DNA of 64,000 nt from Octopus vulgaris (taxonomy: Eukaryota). This document shows, piece after piece, positions 55,480 to 64,000 of the stretch. How positions within the stretch are numbered: the first letter of the stretch is position 1; every line of letters begins with the position of its first letter. The stretch covers positions 29,140,001-29,204,000 of the forward strand of contig OX597827.1 of assembly GCA_951406725.2 (NCBI GenBank), in the 5' to 3' direction. The translations under genes were made by a program, and so were the position numbers. Below the pieces are notes generated by a model. That model ran no database searches. It saw only the letters and a program-made list of their open reading frames with translations, and was not told the origin of the DNA.

Positions 55480-55944
55480 GTCTTGGCTTAACAGCCCTCA
55501 TCGTTTGCTTTTACTGTTTTGTTCTTATTGTTCTGTCTTTTACTGTTTTTACTCTTTTACTGTTTTTACTATTTTGTTCTCACTGTACTGTTCTTGTTAC
55601 CACTTTTACCCTCCGGAAAAATTCCTAATTTCATTTAATTTGCTTTGCGGAAGGACTGTTTCAACGAAGTGGCGTTTTGTCCTTACCTTCGAAACGCGGA
55701 GTATGTGAAACAGGGACAACTGAAGAAGGGGATTATTATTTATGTTGTATGTCTCGTTTTTCTGGGTTTTTTTCGTTGTTTGAAAAGAAAGTTCGTTTCT
55801 ATGTTCTTGTTTTTATGTTTTCGTTTCTCATTGGGTTCAAGGTTTTTTTATGTCCTGTACCCATATATGCATGTATATATACATGTATATGTAGGCATGT
55901 ACATATATGTATGTATATATATACATATATGTATATATTATTTA

Positions 55945-56020
<76 letters not shown>

Positions 56021-56335
56021 ATGTATATGATAATATAAATAAGTATATATATGCATATATACATACGTATATGTACGTACTTACATGTATACGTATATAT
56101 ATGTGCATATGTGGGAACAGGGCGTCCGAAACGTGTACAACAAAAAACACGATATATGATTACATGGAATATAAACTATTTTTTCGAACAACGAAAGACA
56201 GAAATGGAAAACAAGACAAAGAACACAAGAAAACGATCCCTCATCAGTTGTGGTGTCGAATGCGTAAATCAAGCTTGGACAGGAGACAGACAGGAACACG
56301 TCTTCATTGATCCAGCTACAACGGAGAGAAAGAAA
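55480..56335. mobile_element. Two PLE-like non-coding fragments in opposite orientation around a TTA/TA repeat
   Basis: 55480-55930 resembles the 27201-27620 unit (ttttaccc.., ccttcgaaac.., ctgaagaagggg, gtcctgtac). 56080-56335 resembles 18270-18480. Confidence 0.45.
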
Positions 56336-56756
56336 CACACAGACAGACAGACACACACACACGTATATGTATATATATATATAGGTTATAAAATGAGATA
56401 GGGGTTGAAAATTCAACCCACCATGGGATAATATATATCCAATATACTGCTAGATAGGTACCCAACAAAATTAATACATAGATGTTAAAAATTGTCAAGC
56501 AATCAGTTCATCTATTGTATTAAATGGGTAAAGGTAATAATATTACCGTAAATTAATACTACAAAATTAGAGAATGGAGAAACATACTTAAATCAGTAAA
56601 ACATCAACTATCCGATGATACTCAATCCATACTTTAATACACCATTACATATGAGTAAAGGCAATATATAAAATGAAATGAGATATACAGTAATAGTAAA
56701 AGTAAAAAGATAAAGAGATATAAGTAAAAAATTTCAAATATAATATGCAAATAAAT

Positions 56757-56874
56757 CAAAACTGACAGCTGTTTCGGCAGTGAGGACAGTCATACCTCAT
56801 TTAACCTATAAGCCATAAAGGCAGGTATAAATGAGGCATTAACAAGGATGCCCCACGGCCTCTTCAGAGAATTA
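56757..56874 (-). ncRNA. Hammerhead (inverted pLTR copy)
   Basis: Reverse complement of 62041-62160. Confidence 0.65.
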
Positions 56875-57081
56875 AATTAAATTTGTTATAATAGTGAAAA
56901 ATATTATATAATCATATACATATAAATATAAAAATATAAAACCTAAATTTATCTTTTGAGGAACCTGAATTGCTCATACTGGTGTAATATAAGCATCCAT
57001 TTATTGATTTAAATATTAATAGTGCATGTGAATACACCCTAGTGTAGTATATTTGTTCCTTTGATCATTACTGCTAGAAGA

Positions 57082-59923
57082 ATGGAGAAAATACTGATCA
57101 ATTCATCAATGAAGGATGTACCTATCCCTACCAAAGACCATTACACTAAAGAACTAATTTATAGAATGAATGAATTCATCCATAGGATCAGATGGAGGAT
57201 TTTCCACCATGAGAACTATAATAATAAAATAAACCAACAACACACTGGGGAAACGATCCGTAATGGAATTGGAAGCACCTATGAAGAAATATTATAACTA
57301 ACAGGCACTACATTTAAATCTAGAAAGTCTCCTCCACCAAATATACATCTAGACAATTTTGAACAAGAACTATGGGAGACTGTAAAAAACATAAAATTTA
57401 GAAATCATCCTTTAAGATATAACCCGCACCAAAGAGAATTGAAAGACTTAATTAGAACTCTCAAAGGTAAGAGCGGCATTCTAACACATTCTGACAAAAC
57501 CAACAACATCTACAACATTGACATTACTGCATATCATGATCTTCTACACAAGGAAATAACCAAGAAATACAAAGTAGTACCTTCTAGTACACTTAGAAAA
57601 CTGAACCTGGAGATCAGAGAAATCATATTTGACTACTACCTAGAAGAAAAAACGGAACCCTACACCCCATCCAGACCGAGAATTACACTAAAGGATCATA
57701 AAGAGAATTTTCTTGGAAACACACAGGTCAGATTAATTTGCCCCACTAAATCTGACTTAGGCAGACTAAGTAAACTCATTCTAGATAAATATCTACCCAC
57801 CATCCGCAATAAAATCAAACTAAACCTTTGGAAGAATACTCAGGGTGCTTTGGATTGGTTTTCTACCATTAAGGTCTGTGACAGTAACAACTTTAGCTAT
57901 AATAGAAATAAATTTATACAATTCGATATACAGAATTATTACACTTCAATTAACCCTATTATATTAAATAAGTCCTTAATTTTTGCTAGAAAACACACTA
58001 AATTAAGTATGGGGGAGATTAAGGTTATACTAACAGCCAGGAAAACTTTAATAGAGTTTGATAATAAACTTTGGGCTAGAAAGGACACACCCAACTTGTT
58101 CGATATCACAATGGGATCGCCGGACTCAGCGGAGGTGACTGATCTAGTTGGGATGTATCTATTAGATAACTTTAGTAGGGAATTCCCTGAATTAAAAGGT
58201 GGATTATACAGGGATGACGCCTTATTTTGTGTTAGGAATACATCAAATAGGAGATTAGATCTTCTGAAAAAAAGAATAAATAAATTTTTTAAAAGCTTCG
58301 GCCTATCCATTATCATTGAAAGTGAAAATTATTCTGCTAATTATTTAGATGTTAATTGTAACATTACTAATGGTTTACATGAACCCTATATTAAACCTAA
58401 TTCTAACCTAATATACATTAACCGTTCTAGTAATCACCCCCCTCAAATTAAAAATGCACTAGTGCGTAGCATTAGTCAGAGAATTTCTAGTTTATCCTCA
58501 AACGAGGAAATTTTTAACAAACACTGTGATAGATACAATGCAGCATTACTTAAGGCAGGATATAAAAGTAAGATTTGGTTTATACCTAAGGGGAACCCCT
58601 AATGTAGGTAGAACTATCAGGAACAACACAAATAAATTTAGGATAATCAACAATATACATAAGAATAGTAAAAATAGAATATATGATAACACCTATAATA
58701 AATGTAGAAGTGACGTTAACCTTGGAAAGGTGGACGGTAGCTAAAATAGATCTAAGCATACGGGTAATAGTAGTAATATTAATAATAATATACGAATTAA
58801 AACTTATGGTAGACATGATATTGGTAAAGTTTACTTGCGCAATAACCATGGTAATATTGATATAGATAGATATAATAATAACAGTGGTAAGAATAGTAAT
58901 CCTATGAGTTGGTCTACGAATAGGATTTTTACAAATAACATTAATTCTATAGGCAATCCTAATTCTGATAAGGATACTCTTTGGTTGATTATCCCGTATG
59001 CAATGCAGATTAAAACAAACATAGTGAGAGCTTTGCATAATGTTATTTTTAGGCATTTTGGTAAGGATAGGAATAAATTTAGTCTTTTAATTAACAACGG
59101 TACTGTTAGAGTGGGATATAGCATTACTCATAATCTAGCCACCATTATCTCCTCTTTTAATAACAAGAAACTGGATCACTTCTATAAGGATAGAAAATTG
59201 AATTTAGACCAGGAAAACTTGCCCCTCTTCATTAATAATAGGAATAGAAATTTTCTTGGAACAAATGGGAACAACCTCCTTACTAATAATGAGTGCACCA
59301 TACCTGTCAGAGATAATATAAATGTAATAGATCATACTACTACTACCAATACTAGTACTAGTGATAGGAATATAGCCGATAATGTGAAATTAACTCATTC
59401 GTTGATTTTGGGTTTGGATGATGATAACAATTGTAACACTTATAATGTGAATAGTAGTATAGGGGTGGTGTCCAATCTTAGATTTCCTCATTCTGTTAAT
59501 CTTTGTAATTGCAGAAATAAAAATAAATGTGTATTTGGTAATCAATGCCTCAGGAAGGAGGTAGTTTACCAATGCACTGTAGATACACAATTGAGTAGTA
59601 GGGTGTATATCGGGGCAACTATGAATAGCATAAAACAAAGATGGAATTATCACAGATATACTTTTAGGAATAAAAATAGAATGTACTCTACAGGGCTAAG
59701 TGCATACATTTGGGAACTTAAAAGTAAGAACTTAGATTTTAGATTAAACTGGAAAATACTAACTTCAGCACCTGTGTATAATGGAAAAAATAAAAAATGC
59801 TCTCTATGTATTAATGAAATTTTCTTCATTATTAAAGCGGGTCGGCAAATTATTAACAACATTAATGAGAAAAACTTCTTTTGTATTCATAGGCTACCGT
59901 TCACCTTTTCTAGATTCAAATAG
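57082..59923 (+). pseudogene. Naiad-type PLE RT plus GIY-YIG endonuclease (2 nonsense codons, 1 frameshift)
   Basis: SMKDVPIP, FIHRIRWR, HSDKTNNIY (DKT), ITLKDHKENF, VRLICPTKSDLG, FIQFDIQNYY, FDITMGSPDSAE, GLYRDD, SNHP, CNCRNKNKCVFGNQC, VVYQC..VYIGAT..KQR, CSLCINE. TAA at 57295 and 58742; frameshift near 58595. Confidence 0.93.
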
Positions 59924-61653
59924 AACTTAGCACTTCCACTATTATTAATTTTTTAATTCCCTTCTTTAACTAAATATACCTGTGGTCTTCTATAATTCTA
60001 AAGTATACAATTTATAAATTTCATAATTTTATAATTTTTATAGCTACATTTGTATAATAATTAATGGATGTGTCTAGTATTATTGGTTTCTTGGTTTTTG
60101 TATGTGGGTTTTTGTTTGTTTTTTTAAGAGAAATGCAATATGACATAAAATAACATATTCATTTTGGTATTTGCCTTGTAATGTGTGATTTTTGAAGTTT
60201 TCCAATATTGCATAGTATATTGCATAGTATATATGTATATCTTGGTTAGATACCTAGCTCTAGATAATGTAATGATATTGTATAATATGTAATATATGAG
60301 AGCCTTTTGTGAGTTTGGTGGGTTTAGGTTGAGATTATAGGTTTTTTGTATGTGTTTATTTGGAAGGTTTTTATTATATATTTGGTCTTTTTGTACTCAC
60401 CTTAATTTGTATCTTATGCTATTCACTGATAAACCTTTTTCATTTTTTTCATTTTCTCATTTACATGCATTTTGCTTTATAATTATTACCAGCCTCATAT
60501 ATTTAGTTTATATCTATAGTCCTCTGGATCTGTACTTTAAACTATCCTTCCATACATATTTACTTTCAACAATATAAAATATATATATTCACTTTATTTA
60601 TTTTTATTTATTTCCCATTTTATTGTAATATTATCAATCTTTGCATCTAGTCTTCTATTCATTTATTTATTTGCCTATTTAAGTGTAGATGTTTACATAC
60701 ATATCAAGTCATCTAATTTGTTACCTATTTATTTTTTACTTATTTACTTATACTGGTGTAGTTTTATACATACATATCTATCATTTATTTTTATTTAATT
60801 TTAATAATATATGAATACATATATACTAGTTTGTACTTATAATTATGTGTATAACCGTATTTATTCCTTCGTATTTATTCCTTTTTATTTATTTTATCTC
60901 TTTTCATCTTAAGTCTTTATAATATAAAATTTATTTAAAATTTCTGTGATGTTCTCATAAGCGTTTACATTAATACTTCCCCTTCTATTCTTTAATGCCT
61001 AAACTGGTATATTATGGCACTATATTTATTAAGTTAATAAGTGACTTATTTATAATATTTAAATTAATATATATTTTATATTTTATATTTTATAATTTAG
61101 CGTACTTAAAATCATAACAAACTTACGATAAACCTAACAACCGTATGTTTACTCTGTAACAAACCGGTGTTATAAATTTTAAGTTACCCATGAAATAATT
61201 ATCTGAATTAGTAACATACTGATATTTATAAATATATTTATATCTAAATTAAATATTTTATAGAATGCATGGATGGTTCTTTTTTTGTTATTGAGGCTCA
61301 GTTATAATTTTGAAGGACTAAATGTTAGCATAGTTGCTTCCCTTTTTTGTTTATCTAAGTGCTAGTTGTTGCTTGTGATTGTGTATGTGTATAAGTGTAT
61401 GTATATACATATAACTATGTGTGTATGTGCGATTGATCTGTAGATGCGTGTGTGAATATTGGCGTTCCTTGACTAACCAACCGTATAATTTTCTTTTGTG
61501 ATCTAAATTTCAAACCAATAGCCAATCGAATTAATCTAAATTTTCTTTACCTAGTGGTCAGCATTTCTTAACTCATAGTTATTTCGATCTTGAAAGGATG
61601 GACTTGGTGCTAACTTAACTGTATCTATTTTTAGTATTTTTTTATTATTATTA

Positions 61654-61700
<47 letters not shown>

Positions 61701-62040
61701 AGTAATTTTTATTAACTTTTATAGCTTTAGAATTTTATGAACTGTACCACGGATTTAATTATTATTTTTCATCTCCATATGTGTTAGCCCTTTTTTTTTT
61801 TTTTATAAAAAAAACTATTAGCCAAATATGTATAATATCGGTACTTATTAATATTAATATATACACTGTTATATATTTTGTTTTATTTTGTTCTGTTTAC
61901 CTTCCTTTTTGTACAAATGTGTATTATATTATATAAGTGTAGCATTATGATGTATAAGTTTTTATATTTTACATCTTTATATTTTTATATTTATATGTAT
62001 ATGATTATATAATATTTTTCACTATTATAACAAATTTAAT

Positions 62041-62160
62041 TTAATTCTCTGAAGAGGCCGTGGGGCATCCTTGTTAATGCCTCATTTATACCTGCCTTTA
62101 TGGCTTATAGGTTAAATGAGGTATGACTGTCCTCACTGCCGAAACAGCTGTCAGTTTTGA
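62041..62160 (+). ncRNA. Type I hammerhead with very long stem II
   Basis: CTGAAGA(62049)-ggc...gcc-GAAA-cagctg-TC. Stem II includes gtgggg/cctcac and gcctcattta/taaatgaggt. Stem I is weak. Confidence 0.65.
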
Positions 62161-62356
62161 TTTATTTGCATATTATATTTGAAATTTTTTACTTATATCT
62201 CTTTATCTTTTTACTTTTACTATTACTGTATATCTCATTTCATTTTATATATTGCCTTTACTCATATGTAATGGTGTATTAAAGTATGGATTGAGTATCA
62301 TCGGATAGTTGATGTTTTACTGATTTAAGTATCTTTCTCCATTCTCTAATTTTGTA

Positions 62357-62396
<40 letters not shown>

Positions 62397-62998
62397 GTTT
62401 GTATATAGCAAGCGATTATCCCAAAATGATTACCGATTTGCTCTCAGTTAGGTAGTCAAAGTATGTTGTTCAACAGCTAACATATAAATCCAGTAAAGTA
62501 CTTATAAGACAAGAAATTAGAGGAATATTCGGTTGGATAATTCTGAATATATTTCCTTAGCCATATAGGTTTCCTGGAGTATAAATATTAATAATATATA
62601 CCGCCTTACATAGACCAACACGTGTTTCAATAATATATATATATAAACATAAACTTCATATAATCAAGATAGCCTTGGCCTGACGAGTAACCTTCGGTAT
62701 ACACCTCGCTTGGTCATGTAGCAGTTCCGAGGTTCCGCTCGTTATAATATATATGTAGCTCTGATCTTCTCTACTCAATTTTTTAATTCTTGTATTCTTA
62801 TTCGCATACCTGACAACCCAGGCTGACTGCCGTGAAATATATAAAAAAAATAATTTCAGCTTAACGTTCTTCGATAAGAAAAATCCACAACCTTCCGCCT
62901 CAGTAAACCACTATTGTTGCTGAAAGTTCTTTTTCATATTTTTTACGGATTGCTTGAAGCTAACTTTCTTCCTACACCTCGATCTTTGGATCATACTT

Positions 62999-63049
<51 letters not shown>

Positions 63050-63051
<2 letters not shown>

Positions 63052-63370
63052 CGTGATCACCGTGACCGACTAGGCTATCAGATGTTGCTGCACATCACTG
63101 GTCACAATGCGCTTCGCATTGTTTTAGCCTTCAAATGACGCAACCCCGCTGGCCAACAGAAGAAAGAGTGAGAGAGAGTTGTGGCGAAAGAGTACAGCAG
63201 GGACCGCCACCACCACCCTGCCGGAGCTTCGTGGAGCTTTAGGTGTTTTTTCGCTCAATAAACACTCACAACGCCCGGTCTGGGAATCGAAACTGCGATT
63301 TTACGACCGCGAGTCTGCTGCCCTAACCAGTGGGCAGCGGACTCGCGGTCGTAGGATCGCGGTTTCGATT
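63050..63370 (-). mobile_element. SINE family C copy with short terminal inversion
   Basis: Reverse complement of the 16064-16250 type; gcagcggactcgcggtcgta (63334-63353) is inverted against tacgaccgcgagtctgctgc. Confidence 0.75.
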
Positions 63371-63390
63371 ATATATATATAGATATATAT

Positions 63391-64000
63391 AGACGGGAAA
63401 GGATGACTTCCCTTTGCAAATACTGACAGGACACAGAAAGTGTGTCTATGGCCAGCTGGAGGAGTGTGTCCTCCTGGGGCTAAAAACTACAGTAGCATCC
63501 ACCCTTAGGGGTAGCCATATTGAGATGGCAAATATACGTCACGATGTGTTACCGCTACTGTATATAACTCACTTTGATATTTATCATTGTTTGATTTCAC
63601 TTTTTCAATATCAGCGACAGTGGACGCTGGAAAAAGTATAAGTATTTGTGAAGGAAATCTAATTCTCGCCGACAACTATGATTGTCACACGCTGACGAGA
63701 GGTCAATACCTCGAAACTCGAGTCCGTGTGTATCATAAGTTGAAGACGGGAAGGATGACTTCCCTTTGCAAATACTGACAGGACACAGAAAGTGTGTCTA
63801 TGGCCAGCTGGAGGAGTGTGTCCTCCTGGGGCTAAAAACTACAGTAGCATCCACCCTTAGGGGTAGCCATATTGAGATGGCAAATATACGTCACGATGTG
63901 TTACCGCTACTGTATATAACTCACTTTGATATTTATCATTGTTTGATTTCACTTTTTCAATATCAGCGACAGTGGACGCTGGAAAAAGTATAAGTATTTG
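63391..64000 (+). repeat. 352-bp tandem repeat with hammerhead (non-LTR retrozyme-like or PLE pLTR tandem); runs off the window
   Basis: Unit 1 is 63391-63743 and unit 2 starts at 63744; identical 75-aa ORFs are offset by 352 bp. Confidence 0.9.
63686..63730 (+). ncRNA. Intact type I hammerhead ribozyme
   Basis: cacacg-CTGACGA-gaggt(caat)acctc-GAAA-ctcgag-TC-cgtgtg. All core residues are present, stems I and II are perfect, and stem III is palindromic. Predicted cleavage after C63724. Confidence 0.92.

Larger units (their letters stand above)
56385..62360 (+). mobile_element. Near full-length Naiad-type Penelope-like retroelement with inverted pseudo-LTRs
   Basis: 56556-56940 is the near-perfect reverse complement of 61976-62360. 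An RT-GIY-YIG ORF lies between, followed by a ~2 kb AT-rich 3' region. Inserted in (TA)n. Confidence 0.92.

Noticed and set aside
57082-59923. Selenoprotein-type Naiad (in-frame UGA plus SECIS)
   Set aside because: The interruptions are TAA codons and a frameshift, and the conserved Cys positions use TGT/TGC. The second Naiad fragment also has only TAA/TAG stops.

Overview
AT-rich, microsatellite-saturated animal DNA with no recognisable host gene. The SINE types and repeat landscape suggest an octopus/cephalopod (inference). Most ORFs in the track are translated (TA)n/(CA)n/(TATG)n repeats. The real coding remnants are all from transposons: an internally deleted Helitron, Tc1 and mariner relics, an RTE LINE, an R4/Dong-type LINE sitting in (TAA)n, three Penelope-like retroelement (PLE) RT remnants (two Naiad-type), and two RT-less zinc-knuckle ORF1 elements. 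There are three highlights. (1) At 45812-49638, two strongly diverged ORF1-only retroelements lie head-to-tail at the same base of the tRNA-derived head of a SINE. They show a triplicated 12-15 bp target site and short shared 5' and 3' terminal motifs, which points to a SINE/tRNA-targeting 'half-LINE' system. (2) At 63391-64000 is a 352-bp tandem repeat carrying an intact type I hammerhead ribozyme (retrozyme-like). (3) Several more hammerheads occur in PLE pseudo-LTRs, most with a very long stem II. There is a 100-N assembly gap at 31451-31550, followed by low-quality-looking sequence. All folds and alignments were read by eye.
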